Source of the DNA: Alphaproteobacteria bacterium
GTDB taxonomy: Bacteria; Pseudomonadota; Alphaproteobacteria; UBA8317
NCBI GenBank assembly: GCA_038131935.1
Contig: JAYPQH010000018.1
Location: forward strand, 160,001 to 224,000
Direction of reading: 5' to 3'
Length of the DNA stretch: 64,000 bases
Under the pieces are notes generated by a model. It searched no databases and had not been told where the DNA came from. It saw only the letters and a list, made by a program, of their open reading frames with translations. Each line of letters opens with the position of its first letter. The stretch's first letter is position 1. This document shows positions 11,924-23,242 of this stretch, in pieces. The translations under genes and the position numbers were made by a program.

Positions 11924-12045
11924 CGTGATCCAAGTGGTATGGTCATCTGATAAGGCTCTGGTACTGGCGGCTCTCCCATGACCAACAAGAACAAAGCTCC
12001 ACCCACCACAGCCAACAATAAGGTAGCCAACAGATACTTAAACAA
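11920..12045 (-). CDS. Small single-pass membrane protein (41 aa), below the ORF-track cutoff
   Basis: AAGGGG RBS, TTG start, MFKYLLATLLLAVVGGALFLLVMGEPPVPEPYQMTIPLGSR*. The stop overlaps the next start (ATGA). Confidence 0.65.
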   Translation of the reverse strand: MFKYLLATLLLAVVGGALFLLVMGEPPVPEPYQMTIPLGSR

Positions 12046-12228
12046 CGAAATTCCCCTTGACTGACATGCCCTCGTATCGACATGCAAAACAAAACCAGAT
12101 CCTCTTATCTATCATAGGGTAGGCACGAAACAAAAGTACCGTTTTTGTTGGCCAATGCATGTCTGTTTTTGTGTAATGATTGCGTGAAGGATCTTGCGCA
12201 GAAGCCCACCCAATGCCACATAACAGCC

Positions 12229-12843
12229 ATGAATGACGTGATCCAAGATGTTTTGCCGAACTTAGCGCAGCTGCATCGCCTCCTCGGCGGGCGGTCCCTC
12301 ACGCTTGTTGGAATGATGGGTTCTGGAAAATCAACCATCGGTCGGCGGGTCGCCCGCAGGCTAGGCTTGGGGTTTCATGATGCTGATCGGGAGATCGAAG
12401 ATGCCGCGGGATGCAGCATCCCAGAAATCTTTGCAACCCATGGAGAAGCCTTCTTCAGGGATCGCGAACATGCGGTAATCAATCGCTTGCTGCAAGAAAC
12501 AAGCATGGTGCTGGCCACAGGCGGGGGAGCATTCATGAATGATCGCACCCGTGAGGTGATGCTGCAACGTTCTGTATGCATCTGGTTGCGTGCCGATCTT
12601 GACATATTGGTGGAGCGGGTATCCCGGAAAGACAATCGCCCCCTTCTCAAGAACAAAGATCCACGGCAAGTCCTTACTGAGTTGGCACGCACACGCCACC
12701 CTATTTATGCCCAAGCCCATTTGGTGGTGGAATCCGGGCAAGGATCCCATGAAGAAACCGTGGATGGCTTGTTGATGGCACTTGAAGCTTACCTACATTC
12801 TGAACAATTGCGGTTAGAACAACAATCAAAGCGGTCATTATGA
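12229..12843 (+). CDS. aroK: Shikimate kinase
   Basis: LVGMMGSGKST, DADREIE, GEAFFR, ATGGG, RPLL. Confidence 0.95.
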   Translation: MNDVIQDVLPNLAQLHRLLGGRSLTLVGMMGSGKSTIGRRVARRLGLGFHDADREIEDAAGCSIPEIFATHGEAFFRDREHAVINRLLQETSMVLATGGGAFMNDRTREVMLQRSVCIWLRADLDILVERVSRKDNRPLLKNKDPRQVLTELARTRHPIYAQAHLVVESGQGSHEETVDGLLMALEAYLHSEQLRLEQQSKRSL

Positions 12844-13979
12844 GCAACAAACATCAAGTGACAGTGGATCTTGGCGCCAGAAGTTACCCCATAGATATTG
12901 GCCCAGGTTTGCTCAATGACTTACCACAGGTTTTTTCCCGCACCTCCAACAGAAATCAAATCATCGTGGTCAGCGATACCCAGGTGATGGATCATCATGG
13001 TGAACGCTTGCGGGGCATATGTGAGGCTGCGGGTTTGACATTCCATCCCCTCATTATCCCTGCAGGGGAACATTCCAAAAACTGGGATCAACTGGCAAAA
13101 CTGGTTGGATCTCTCTTGGACCTCGGTGTCAGCCGAAAAGACAGTATTGTTGCTTTTGGCGGCGGTGTTGTGGGTGATTTGGCAGGCTTTGCCGCAGCCA
13201 TCGTAAAACGTGGCTGTTCGTTTATTCAGGTTCCCACCACCTTGTTGGCTCAAGTCGACTCTTCTGTGGGGGGAAAGACCGCCATCAACACCCCACAGGG
13301 CAAAAATCTTGTGGGTGCGTTTCATCAACCCAAACATGTCATCATTGATACGGATTTGTTGGCAACCCTGCCCCCACGGGAATTGCGCGCGGGTTATGCA
13401 GAAGTGGTCAAATATGGGTTGATTGATGACCTTTCATTTTTTCAATGGCTGGATCAAGAAGGTGATCGGGTCATCAACTTAGAAGGTGATGCCGTAAGCC
13501 GCGCCGTCGCGCGGTCTTGTGCGGCTAAGGCACGTATTGTTGCCCAAGATGAAACAGAACAGGACAAACGTGCCTTGTTAAATTTAGGGCATACGTTTGG
13601 TCATGCACTTGAAGCGGTGAACAAATATGATGGCCGGCTGCTGCATGGCGAAGCGGTCGGTATTGGCATGGTGGCAGCCATGGCGTTTTCAGCAGCCCAT
13701 GGATGGGCACCTCAAGAAGATGTTGAAAAATTGCGCGCCCATCTTGCGCGCTTAGACATGCGCACGGAAATTGCCCAAGCCGTACCCGCAGACGTCGATG
13801 CTGATCAATTGATGGCCGCCATGATGCAAGATAAGAAAAATGAAGATGGCAAATTGGTGCTCATATTGTCAGAGGGCATCGGCAAAGCCTTCGTGCGCAA
13901 AGATGTTGATGTGGGACTGGTCCATCAATTCTGGAGAGAAGCGCTGGCCACTGTTCCGCCTGCCTCAAAGAAGGACTGA
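12840..13979 (+). CDS. aroB: 3-dehydroquinate synthase
   Basis: GGGVVGDLAGF, PTTLLAQVDSSVGGKT, LNLGHTFGHALE, HGEAV. Confidence 0.97.
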   Translation: MSNKHQVTVDLGARSYPIDIGPGLLNDLPQVFSRTSNRNQIIVVSDTQVMDHHGERLRGICEAAGLTFHPLIIPAGEHSKNWDQLAKLVGSLLDLGVSRKDSIVAFGGGVVGDLAGFAAAIVKRGCSFIQVPTTLLAQVDSSVGGKTAINTPQGKNLVGAFHQPKHVIIDTDLLATLPPRELRAGYAEVVKYGLIDDLSFFQWLDQEGDRVINLEGDAVSRAVARSCAAKARIVAQDETEQDKRALLNLGHTFGHALEAVNKYDGRLLHGEAVGIGMVAAMAFSAAHGWAPQEDVEKLRAHLARLDMRTEIAQAVPADVDADQLMAAMMQDKKNEDGKLVLILSEGIGKAFVRKDVDVGLVHQFWREALATVPPASKKD

Positions 13980-13983
13980 CCCC

Positions 13984-15282
13984 ATGTTGGCGTTTTTGAC
14001 AACCCATATCGACATCATCTTTGGTGTGGCCATTTTGCTGCTGTTGTTGGTGTCAGCGATGTTCTCTGGCTCAGAGACAGCCCTGACCGCTGCATCACGT
14101 GCAAGGCTGCATCATATGGAGCGTGAGGGAGATAAAGCCGCGCGTTCTGCTCTTGATCTTTTGCGCCAACCTGATCGGCTCATTGGTGCCTTGTTGTTGG
14201 GCAACAATCTTGTCAATATTTTGGCATCCTCGTTGGCCACTTCCTTATTTTTGAAATGGTTTGGCCAAGCTGGCGTTGCGTATGCAACCATCATCATGAC
14301 GATCATGGTGCTAATCTTTGCTGAAGTGCTACCCAAGACGTATGCCATTACCCATCCCACCGCCACCGCACGACGTATTGTCACCCCCGTCTCTTGGTTG
14401 GTGTGGGCCTTAAGCCCCATGGTCGAAACCGTGCGCAAAATCGTTCATGTCATGTTGCGCAGCCTTGGCGTTCAAGGCCGGGAGCGCTTTCCTGCCCACG
14501 AGGAATTGCGTGGGGCCATCAGCATGCATCATGCTGAAGGAGGCATGGCACGCGATGATGTGGAGCGTTTAGGGGGTATATTGGACCTGAAAGATCTGGA
14601 CGTGGCAGAAGTGATGGTTCACCGCCGAAACCTATTCATGCTGCCCGCCAATTTGGCCCCTGATGAATTGTTGCGTCGGGCGTTACGAGCGCCTTATTCT
14701 CGGATCCCCCTATGGGCGGATGAACATGAAAACATCATTGGCGTGTTGCATGTAAAAGACCTTTTGCGCGCCGCATTGGACAATGATGACAAGTTAGAGG
14801 GGCTGAATGTCCTCAACATTGCCCGAAAGCCTTGGTTTGTTCCTGACACAACTGAAGTTGTCGAACAGCTTGATAGCTTTTTATCAAGCCGCAATCATTT
14901 TGCATTGGTGGTTGATGAATATGGCGCCTTGCAGGGACTGATTACCTTAGAAGATATCCTCGAAGAGATCGTTGGGGAAATCCATGATGAACATGACATT
15001 AAGGTCGCGGGCGTGTTGGATAATCATGACGGCAGTTACCTCATTGATGGCACTGTTGCGATCCGTGATGTTAACCGTACCTTTGGATGGAACTTACCTG
15101 ATGATGATGCCAACACGGTGGCAGGACTGGTTATTCATGAAGCTCGGACCATTCCTGAAAAGGGCCAAGTGTTCCATTTTCATGGGATGCGCTTTGAAAT
15201 CATTGAGCGACAGCGCAACCAAATCCGCAAACTGATTTTGCGCAAACCGCGCAAACTCAATACGGAAAACCCCCAAAAGTAA
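13984..15282 (+). CDS. HlyC/CorC (CNNM-CBS-CorC) family transporter
   Basis: FSGSETA, GNNLVNI, AEVLPK, a CBS pair (SRIP; VVDEYG...TLEDILEEIVGEI) and a C-terminal CorC domain. Confidence 0.92.
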   Translation: MLAFLTTHIDIIFGVAILLLLLVSAMFSGSETALTAASRARLHHMEREGDKAARSALDLLRQPDRLIGALLLGNNLVNILASSLATSLFLKWFGQAGVAYATIIMTIMVLIFAEVLPKTYAITHPTATARRIVTPVSWLVWALSPMVETVRKIVHVMLRSLGVQGRERFPAHEELRGAISMHHAEGGMARDDVERLGGILDLKDLDVAEVMVHRRNLFMLPANLAPDELLRRALRAPYSRIPLWADEHENIIGVLHVKDLLRAALDNDDKLEGLNVLNIARKPWFVPDTTEVVEQLDSFLSSRNHFALVVDEYGALQGLITLEDILEEIVGEIHDEHDIKVAGVLDNHDGSYLIDGTVAIRDVNRTFGWNLPDDDANTVAGLVIHEARTIPEKGQVFHFHGMRFEIIERQRNQIRKLILRKPRKLNTENPQK

Positions 15283-15309
15283 GAACATATGCAGGGGGTA
15301 AAAAGCCCT

Positions 15310-15567
15310 TTAGAAGCTTAATTTCATGGAAAGTGCATGGATATGGGGCAGCTCTTGGGTCAAGATTTGATGGACATGACGCTCCCGTCCCAATCTATTC
15401 ATCGCCATGAATCCCTCCCAATGAATGACCAAATGGAAGTGGCTTTCTCCTGAACCATCATGACCTGCGTGACCGGCATGCAGATGTGATTGGTTCTCCA
15501 CGTGACATCTCGCCTCGGGCATGGCCGCCAAAAGTTTTTCTTCGATGGCTTTTTGTATCTGGCCCAT
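15310..15567 (-). CDS. bolA: BolA family protein
   Basis: NQSHLHAGHAG, GESHF, RLGRERHV, IHALS. Confidence 0.88.
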   Translation of the reverse strand: MGQIQKAIEEKLLAAMPEARCHVENQSHLHAGHAGHDGSGESHFHLVIHWEGFMAMNRLGRERHVHQILTQELPHIHALSMKLSF

Positions 15568-15709
15568 GACAACATTCTCCAATCTGCTATAATCAACAAT
15601 TCATAAACCATTCTTGTGTCCGGGAGGCAACCTAAAGGTTTGCATGACGTCATGAGAATGCGCATGAACGCCCAACAAGATCGCCAACCCCTACGTTGAA
15701 GGAAGTTAT

Positions 15710-16297
15710 GTGATGGACAAACGCCCCCCAAACGGTGCCGAACAGGATACCGATCCTTGGGATATCTCTATCACGGGCTCAAGACGAAACACGCGTTCGC
15801 GTGGTTGTGATTGGGAAGGCTGTGAGCAAGAGGGGCTTTATCCTGCACCAAAATCACCTCAAGCTTTGAGAGAATATGTGTATTTTTGCAAACCACATAT
15901 TCAAGAATACAATAAGGGATGGAATTTCTTCGCAGATATGAGCGTGGAGCAATGTGAGCAATACCGCCATAGCGATGCGACCTGGCACCGACCCACTTGG
16001 CGTTTGGGGGAAAGCCCGATCAATGTTGATCGTGAAGATATGGGCATGCGGGATATCCATGAATTGTTCGCACAACGCCGTGAGGCGCAAAAAAAACCAA
16101 CCGCCCCACCTCATCTACGTCGGGCATTGGAGGTGATGGATTTGCCTTGGCCGGTGACGTTTGAACAAGTCCGTGCCAAACGCAATGCCCTGGTCAAAGA
16201 ACATCACCCTGATCGCCATCAAGGTGATCCCAGCAAGCAAGAACATCTGAAAGCTATTCTCGCCGCATATGACCAATTACGCCAAGAATTGTCCTAA
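15710..16297 (+). CDS. J-domain co-chaperone (C-terminal DnaJ domain, N-terminal Cys motif)
   Basis: CDWEGC...YPAPKSP...FCKPHIQEYNKGWNFF, and a C-terminal KEHHPDRHQG (HPD motif). Confidence 0.9.
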   Translation: MMDKRPPNGAEQDTDPWDISITGSRRNTRSRGCDWEGCEQEGLYPAPKSPQALREYVYFCKPHIQEYNKGWNFFADMSVEQCEQYRHSDATWHRPTWRLGESPINVDREDMGMRDIHELFAQRREAQKKPTAPPHLRRALEVMDLPWPVTFEQVRAKRNALVKEHHPDRHQGDPSKQEHLKAILAAYDQLRQELS

Positions 16298-16414
16298 ACC
16301 TTTCCCTTGGCCAAAGATGACTTAACTAACGTCATGAATTTTTTTAGGAGACCCTTGTTATGATCGAAACCTTTGCCATCATCTTCATTTGCCTGTTTGT
16401 CATGTTTGCATTGA

Positions 16415-16789
16415 ATGGGTTCCGTTTCTAATCCATGTCCCACCCCTAAGCCGAAGGCCTTCATAGATGGCGGTTGTCCAATTTGCTCAGCTGAAGTGGC
16501 CTTTTTACAAAAAAAAGGCGCCAATATTGAGTTTGTGGACCTGACAGATCCCTCTTGTGATCTTCATGAGGACGTCAAACAAACCAGGCTCAGCATGATG
16601 CATGTGCAAGATATAGATGGGCGTATGTACCAAGGTGCTCAGGCCTTTTCACTGATGTACCAACATACACCAGGATTTTTTTTGCTTGGACGCTTGCTTG
16701 GACTACCCATTATTCGGCATGGTGCGGATATCTTTTACCGGTGGTTCCTATGGGTACGGCCATTGTGGCGCCCAAAGAACCGCCCCTAA
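16415..16789 (+). CDS. DCC1-like/DUF393 thiol-disulfide oxidoreductase
   Basis: N-terminal DGGCPIC (DxxCxxC) and GAQAF motif. Confidence 0.8.
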   Translation: MGSVSNPCPTPKPKAFIDGGCPICSAEVAFLQKKGANIEFVDLTDPSCDLHEDVKQTRLSMMHVQDIDGRMYQGAQAFSLMYQHTPGFFLLGRLLGLPIIRHGADIFYRWFLWVRPLWRPKNRP

Positions 16790-16856
16790 ACCAGGTTTTG
16801 AAGGCTCTTGCATGCCGCAAGATGTCTTTTAGTACCCTTTTGATTCTGGAGGAACC

Positions 16857-17825
16857 ATGAGCGAACGATCCTTACATGTGAACGAGCCCGACACCGACGT
16901 ATCTGTGCGAGAGGTTTTTGGCATCGACAGTGACATGCGCGTACCTGCCTTTAGTGAACGTGATGACCATGTTCCTGACATGGACCCAGATTATATATTT
17001 GATCGGGAAACGACCTTGGCCATTTTGGCAGGCTTTTGTCACAACAGACGCGTGATGGTGCAGGGCTATCACGGCACGGGTAAATCCACCCATATTGAAC
17101 AGGTAGCCTCACGGTTGAACTGGCCCTGTATCCGGATCAATCTCGACAGCCATATCAGCCGTATTGATTTGGTGGGTAAGGATGCGATTGTCCTGCGCGA
17201 AGGCAAGCAAGTCACGGAGTTCAGGGAGGGCATCTTGCCATGGGCGTTACAGAACCCCGTGGCCTTGGTATTTGACGAATATGATGCAGGTCGACCTGAT
17301 GTTATGTTTGTTATTCAACGGGTGTTGGAGGTTGAAGGCAAACTAACCTTGCTTGACCAATCACGTGTCATCAAGCCGCACAATTGTTTCCGTTTGTTCG
17401 CCACAGCGAACACCATTGGCCTGGGTGATACAACAGGTCTTTACCATGGCACCCAGCAAATCAACCAGGGCCAAATGGACCGCTGGAATGTTGTTACCAC
17501 CTTAAACTACCTCCCCCAAGCGCAGGAAGTGGCCATTATCCAAGCCAAATGCCCAAGCCTATCACATGACGACGCTCAAGCCATGGTACGGTTGGCAGAT
17601 TTGACCCGCAAAGCCTTCATCAATGGTGACCTGTCAACCGTCATGAGTCCGCGCACCGTGATTACATGGGCAGACAATTGGCAGATCTTCCAAGACCGCG
17701 CATTTGCATTCCGGGTTTCTTTTTTGAACAAATCAGATGAATTGGAGCGGCCTGTATTGGCGGAATTCTACCAACGCTGTTTTGGAGAAGACCTCCCTGA
17801 ATCCACCATGAATTCCCTAAGCTAA
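16857..17825 (+). CDS. cobS: Cobaltochelatase subunit CobS (AAA+)
   Basis: [48 protein letters not shown]. Confidence 0.96.
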   Translation: MSERSLHVNEPDTDVSVREVFGIDSDMRVPAFSERDDHVPDMDPDYIFDRETTLAILAGFCHNRRVMVQGYHGTGKSTHIEQVASRLNWPCIRINLDSHISRIDLVGKDAIVLREGKQVTEFREGILPWALQNPVALVFDEYDAGRPDVMFVIQRVLEVEGKLTLLDQSRVIKPHNCFRLFATANTIGLGDTTGLYHGTQQINQGQMDRWNVVTTLNYLPQAQEVAIIQAKCPSLSHDDAQAMVRLADLTRKAFINGDLSTVMSPRTVITWADNWQIFQDRAFAFRVSFLNKSDELERPVLAEFYQRCFGEDLPESTMNSLS

Positions 17826-17840
17826 AAAGAGGTCGGTATC

Positions 17841-19645
17841 GTGGCCACGCCAAAGCCCTCACGACGACGCGAAGCCCTCACCACCACCACCCAAGTTCTT
17901 GCTGGGGTGGAGGTTGAGGTTCGTTTTACCCGAGACCGAGCTCGCGAACATGGAACAACGATCCATGTGCCTGATCCTGATGTTACCGAAAACCCCACAG
18001 AACGCACCCATATTCGGGGGAGGTTAGATTCCTTTGCCCTCCGGCAACGCTATCATGACGAAGCCACCCACCAAGCCCGTGCACCGCGGCATCCTGATGC
18101 GCGCAAATTGTTCAATGCCCTCGAGCGGGCAAGGGTAGAAGCAGCTGGTGGGTTGGATTATCCCGGCGCTGGCCAAAATCTAGATGCGTTGATTGTGCAA
18201 CGCTGTAAGGAAAATCTCTACGAACAAGCCATCACCCATGACGATGCACCCCTGACAGACGCCTTAGCGCTGTTGATCAAGCAAGCGGCAACCGGACAAA
18301 AACCACCCGAAGAGGCTGCCGCTATCATTGGTGCGTGGGAACCTATATTTCAGAAGATTGGTCCTGGCGGCATCAAAGCTTTTGCCGATGCTGTATCCAG
18401 TCAAGAAGCCTTTGCTGATCTTTCCCTAGAACTTCTCGATGCCATGGATATGCTCGATGGACAGGATCCAGGCCAAGATGGTGACACGGCTGCAGAGGAC
18501 AATCCCCAAGGACAAGATCAAGCCCTGACGATAGCCCTCAAGAAGATGATGGTGGTGAACCACCCACAGGAGAAGGGTCTGATGAGATCTCTGGGGAGAC
18601 CCTTGAAGGTATGCCAGCCCCATCCGATCTCCCTGAAGAATCAAATGAAGATCTTGAAGATGGTGACAAGGTAGAAATGCCAGCCCCCGCCAACATCTCA
18701 TTGGGTTCTGTGGATGATGACCCTGATTATCAGATATTCACGAAAGAACATGACGAAATCGTTGAGGCACATGAGCTTTGCCCCGAAGAAGAACTTGACC
18801 GCTTGCGGGCATATCTTGACCAACAGCTCTTTGCCCATAAAGGTGCTGTGGCACGGATTGCCAATCGCTTGCAGCGAAGATTGATGGCCCAGCAGAGCCG
18901 CGGCTGGAACTTTGACCTCGATGAGGGTTTGCTGGATACCGCAAGGCTTACAAGGGTTGTGGTGGATCCCACCTCAGCCTTATCCTTCAAACAAGAAGAG
19001 GAAGCTCCTTTTCGTGATACGGTTGTGACCTTGTTGATAGACAATTCAGGCTCCATGAGGGGGAGACCGATTTCTGTTGCCGCTATGTCTGGCGATATTT
19101 TGGCACGGACCCTAGAGCGATGTGGGGTCAAAGTTGAGATCCTTGGTTTTACCACCAAGGCGTGGAAGGGTGGACGCTCTCGAGAAGCTTGGGTCAATGC
19201 GGGCAGACCGGAATATCCTGGCCGTTTGAATGACCTTCGCCATGTGATTTACAAATCCGCCGATCAACCATGGCGGCGGACAAAACGCAATTTGGGCCTG
19301 ATGTTGCGCGAAGGATTGCTGAAAGAAAATATTGATGGAGAAGCCTTGCTTTGGGCACATCAAAGGTTGGTGGCCCGGCATGAACAACGACGTGTGTTGA
19401 TGGTTATCTCTGATGGGGCACCGGTGGATGATGCCACCTTATCCATCAACCCTGGCAATTATTTGGAACGGCATTTGCGGCGGGTGATCAAAGCCATCGA
19501 AGAAACCTCACCTGTTGAACTTATCGCCATCGGCATCGGGCATGATGTGACACGCTATTACAACCGCGCGGTGACGATCACCGATGTGGCAGAATTGGGT
19601 GGCGCCATGGTTGACCAATTGGCTGATCTCTTTGAGGAACATTGA
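17841..19645 (+). CDS. cobT: Cobaltochelatase subunit CobT (vWA domain); frameshift near 18,520
   Basis: N-terminal ORF 17841-18674 (ALERARVEA) plus C-terminal ORF 18611-19645 ([32 protein letters not shown]). Confidence 0.93.
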
Positions 19646-20386
19646 TCAGTCTTGGATGGTCTTTTGTGACACAGGGTTGAGAACAGGTTTTGCCAACATA
19701 TCACGCAAGGTTCGGGCGCGTTGACGCCGGGGCTTTGCAAAAACCTGTTTGCGCAAATGCAGAAGATGAACCCCACCCAAACGCGCCCCAAGCTTGATGC
19801 CCAACCGTTCGATCCCTGGCATCAACGTGACTGCCCAACCAGCCCTGATTGGCGGCATCAAAAGCGCATAATCATGAGAAAGAACGGTAAATCCAATTTT
19901 TCCTGTTAATTGCTCCAATTGGCCGTGGGAATAGGGCCTGCCATGTCCAAAAGGTGTGATGTCCCTGCGGGCCCAAATCGACAAGCGGTTAGGGACCATG
20001 ATCATCAGCTCCCCCTGACCGGTTAAGCATTCCCAAAGCTGTTGGATGAGCGCCATGGGGTCATAGGCATGTTCAAGGGCGTGGGCGACCAATATACGCT
20101 CAAAACTTGCCGCACCAAACGGTAGCGCATCTTCATGCAAAAGAACGGTACGCCCATACCCTTGAGAAGGCCACCGCAACACACCTTGTGCAGCTGGCAT
20201 GCCTGCCAGCACCACCGAGGTGGGGTGATAGGGCCAAAGGTAGGGGGTTGCAAAGCCAAGCCCCAACATGGGTCGGTTTTCTGTGGGATCCCAGCGTTGG
20301 GCCAAGCTCTTGCGTAGCAAATGGCAACTCATACGCCCTAGGGGTGTTTTGTAAAATCGGGCCAACTCGAGTATATCAGGTTGCAT
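19646..20386 (-). CDS. Class I SAM-dependent methyltransferase (YafS-like)
   Basis: FYKTPLG, LGLGFATPYL, HALEH, VPNR, TPFGHGRPYS. Divergent from gloB, as is commonly seen. Confidence 0.85.
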   Translation of the reverse strand: MQPDILELARFYKTPLGRMSCHLLRKSLAQRWDPTENRPMLGLGFATPYLWPYHPTSVVLAGMPAAQGVLRWPSQGYGRTVLLHEDALPFGAASFERILVAHALEHAYDPMALIQQLWECLTGQGELMIMVPNRLSIWARRDITPFGHGRPYSHGQLEQLTGKIGFTVLSHDYALLMPPIRAGWAVTLMPGIERLGIKLGARLGGVHLLHLRKQVFAKPRRQRARTLRDMLAKPVLNPVSQKTIQD

Positions 20387-20459
20387 CAAAAAACCTTCTG
20401 GACTTGGGTGAGCATTCTGCTTCATTTTAGCGTCCAACGCAGCGTAAGGATAGACAGCC

Positions 20460-21218
20460 ATGACCCATATCGAACTTCTTCCCGCCCTGGATGATAATTA
20501 TATTTTTTTGATTCACAACAACCAGCATGCCGTGGTGGTTGATCCAGCTGATCCCAGGGTGGTGCTGACAGCCTTACAAGAACGCAACCTGGAGCTGGTG
20601 GCAATTTTAAACACCCACCATCATGCTGACCATGTTGGTGGCAACAAAATCCTCAAATCGCAAACAGGATGCACCATCCATGGATGGGCCATGGACAATG
20701 AACGCATTCCAGGGATCGACATCCAACATCAAGAAGGTGACCAATTTGTTCTCTTGGATGAGGAATTTCATCTGTTGGCTGTGCCGGGGCACACCACAGG
20801 TCATTGCGCCTATCATGCGCCAGGACTTGAGGCTGCATTTGTAGGAGATACCTTGTTCGCCCTTGGCTGTGGTCGCATGTTTGAGGGTACCCCACCGATG
20901 TTTTGGGGGTCTTTAAAAAAGCTGCGTGCACTACCTCCAAAAACCAAAATTTATTGCGCCCATGAATATACCCTTGCCAATGCAAAATTTGCCTGCGCCA
21001 TGGACCCACAAAACAAAACCCTTCTTAACCGCGTTGAAGACCTTAAGGCACAGCGTGCACGTCAAGAACCCACCATTCCTGTTCAGCTGGCTGACGAAAT
21101 CGCCACCAATCCCTTTTTAAGGGCTGACCAAGAAGACCTCGTACAACAATTGGGGATGCAAGGCTCAGCGGCAGAAGATGTTTTTGCCCATCTGCGACAA
21201 GCCAAAGATCATTTTTGA
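20460..21218 (+). CDS. gloB: Hydroxyacylglutathione hydrolase (glyoxalase II)
   Basis: DNYIF, THHHADHVGG, PGHT, GDTLF..GCGR.FEG, CAHEYT, NPFLR. Confidence 0.95.
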   Translation: MTHIELLPALDDNYIFLIHNNQHAVVVDPADPRVVLTALQERNLELVAILNTHHHADHVGGNKILKSQTGCTIHGWAMDNERIPGIDIQHQEGDQFVLLDEEFHLLAVPGHTTGHCAYHAPGLEAAFVGDTLFALGCGRMFEGTPPMFWGSLKKLRALPPKTKIYCAHEYTLANAKFACAMDPQNKTLLNRVEDLKAQRARQEPTIPVQLADEIATNPFLRADQEDLVQQLGMQGSAAEDVFAHLRQAKDHF

Positions 21219-21760
21219 TCTCGATAAAAGCGCGCCAAATCTTGTAAGTAATGTAAAACCTCAGGGGCATCCCAATGAGCGGGGCCATAATAACGGCCCA
21301 CCTCTTGCCCATCAAAAATAAGCAATGTGGCAGGCAACCCCCTGAGCCCCAACAACCGAGCGGTTTCCCCGCGTGGGTCTGCGTACAACAAAGGCGTGGT
21401 GATAGCGATTTCATCATAAAAGGCTTTCGCCTTGGCATAACCACCTCGATCGGTTGAAACCGTTACCACATCCAAGTGGGGACCCGAGGCATCAGCCAAA
21501 CGTGACAATGCAGGCATTTCCTCACGACATGGGGGACACCAGCTGGCCCAATAATTTACCAGCAACAATGTCTTTGAAAGACGGGAAAGATCATGCATTT
21601 GTCCTTTTTGATCCTCCACTTCAAGCGGCTCTAGTTGTATGGGCTTGGGGTGGAACAAAAGTTTCGGCAAAGCTTCTGGAATGGTTGGGCGGTCAGCCAT
21701 GAGCGTTAAAGGGCTGGCCAGCGCTATCAGAACTGTCATAAGGACCAAGGGAAACCGCAT
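21209..21760 (-). CDS. tlpA: TlpA family thiol:disulfide oxidoreductase
   Basis: N-terminal signal/TM segment, LVNYWASWCPPCREEMP, GLPAT, GPAHW. Divergent from argH. Confidence 0.88.
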   Translation of the reverse strand: MRFPLVLMTVLIALASPLTLMADRPTIPEALPKLLFHPKPIQLEPLEVEDQKGQMHDLSRLSKTLLLVNYWASWCPPCREEMPALSRLADASGPHLDVVTVSTDRGGYAKAKAFYDEIAITTPLLYADPRGETARLLGLRGLPATLLIFDGQEVGRYYGPAHWDAPEVLHYLQDLARFYRDQK

Positions 21761-21829
21761 GGTGGGACTCCTTTTTGGGTTTAACCATGTTAATCAATGG
21801 ATGACATAGCGTGCATATTGAGGACGAAC

Positions 21830-23242
21830 ATGGTGCAGGTAGACGCAACAGACAACGAACACAACACCTCTCGGATATGGGGGGGGCGTTTTGCTGCCGG
21901 CCCTGACGCCGTCCTTGAAGCCATCAATGCGTCCATTGATTTTGATCAACGCCTTTGGCCACAAGATATCAGGGGCTCCATTGCCCATGCCTCAATGCTC
22001 GCAAGGGCTGGTATTTTGAATGAAGAGGACCTTCGGGCCATCATTGGTGGGCTTGAAGCCATCGCACAGGATCTGTCAAAGGGCGAATTTGCCTTCTCAC
22101 GCGCGTTGGAAGATATCCATATGAATATTGAGGCACGGCTTGCCCAAGATATCGGGGAGGCCGCTGGACGCCTGCATACCGCGCGCTCCCGCAACGATCA
22201 GGTTGCAACAGACCTCCGGTTATGGGTCCGTGATCGCATTGATGAGCAAACGGCACTGCTTACCCATATGATGGGCTTACTTTTAATCCGCGCAGAAGAG
22301 CATGTAGATACAGTGATGCCAGGTTTTACCCATCTGCAAACGGCCATGCCCGTGACCTTTGGTCATCATCTTTTGGCTTACCTTGAAATGTTTTCACGAG
22401 ATCGCGCCCGCATGCGCGATGCCCGGGACCGTTTGAATGAATGCCCACTGGGTGCAGCAGCCCTTGCTGGAACCTCTTTCCCCATTGACCGAGACTACAC
22501 CGCAGAATTGCTTGGCTTTGATGCCCCCATGCGCAATTCCTTAGATGCGGTATCAGACCGAGACTTTGCGTTGGAATATATTTCCGCAGCAAGCATTACG
22601 GGGATACATTGCTCACGTCTGGCCGAGGAAATGGTCTTATGGTCATCCTCAGGCTTTGATTTTATTCGTCTGTCGGATCACTTCACGACAGGATCCAGCA
22701 TCATGCCGCAAAAGAAAAACCCAGATGCGGCAGAATTGGTCCGTGCCAAGTTGGGCCGCATCGCAGGACATTTCCAAGGATTGATGATGGTGATGAAGGG
22801 CCTGCCGCTTGCCTATTCAAAAGACATGCAAGAAGACAAGGAAGCGGTGTTTGATGCCGCCGATAGCTTGGAGCTGATGCTGCGGGCCATGGCGGGCATG
22901 ATTGGTGACATGCAAGCCAACCCCGATGCCATGGCACGCGCAGCCGCCCATGGGCATTCCACCGCCACAGAGTTGGCAGATTGGCTGGTACGGGATTTGG
23001 GACTTCCCTTCCGTGAAGCGCATCATGTTACAGGATCACTTGTGAAGATGGCAGATGAACAGCAATGCCAGCTTGCAGATTTGACCCTTGCTGACATGCA
23101 GCGCATCCACCCCAATATTCATGCCAAGGTTTATGATGTTCTGCCTGTTCAAGAGGCGATCAAAGCCAGAAATTCCTATGGCGGCACCGCCCCGGAGCGC
23201 GTCTTAGAGATGATCCAATGGTGGAAAGAAGAATTGGCATGA
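21830..23242 (+). CDS. argH: Argininosuccinate lyase
   Basis: [43 protein letters not shown]. Confidence 0.97.
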   Translation: MVQVDATDNEHNTSRIWGGRFAAGPDAVLEAINASIDFDQRLWPQDIRGSIAHASMLARAGILNEEDLRAIIGGLEAIAQDLSKGEFAFSRALEDIHMNIEARLAQDIGEAAGRLHTARSRNDQVATDLRLWVRDRIDEQTALLTHMMGLLLIRAEEHVDTVMPGFTHLQTAMPVTFGHHLLAYLEMFSRDRARMRDARDRLNECPLGAAALAGTSFPIDRDYTAELLGFDAPMRNSLDAVSDRDFALEYISAASITGIHCSRLAEEMVLWSSSGFDFIRLSDHFTTGSSIMPQKKNPDAAELVRAKLGRIAGHFQGLMMVMKGLPLAYSKDMQEDKEAVFDAADSLELMLRAMAGMIGDMQANPDAMARAAAHGHSTATELADWLVRDLGLPFREAHHVTGSLVKMADEQQCQLADLTLADMQRIHPNIHAKVYDVLPVQEAIKARNSYGGTAPERVLEMIQWWKEELA

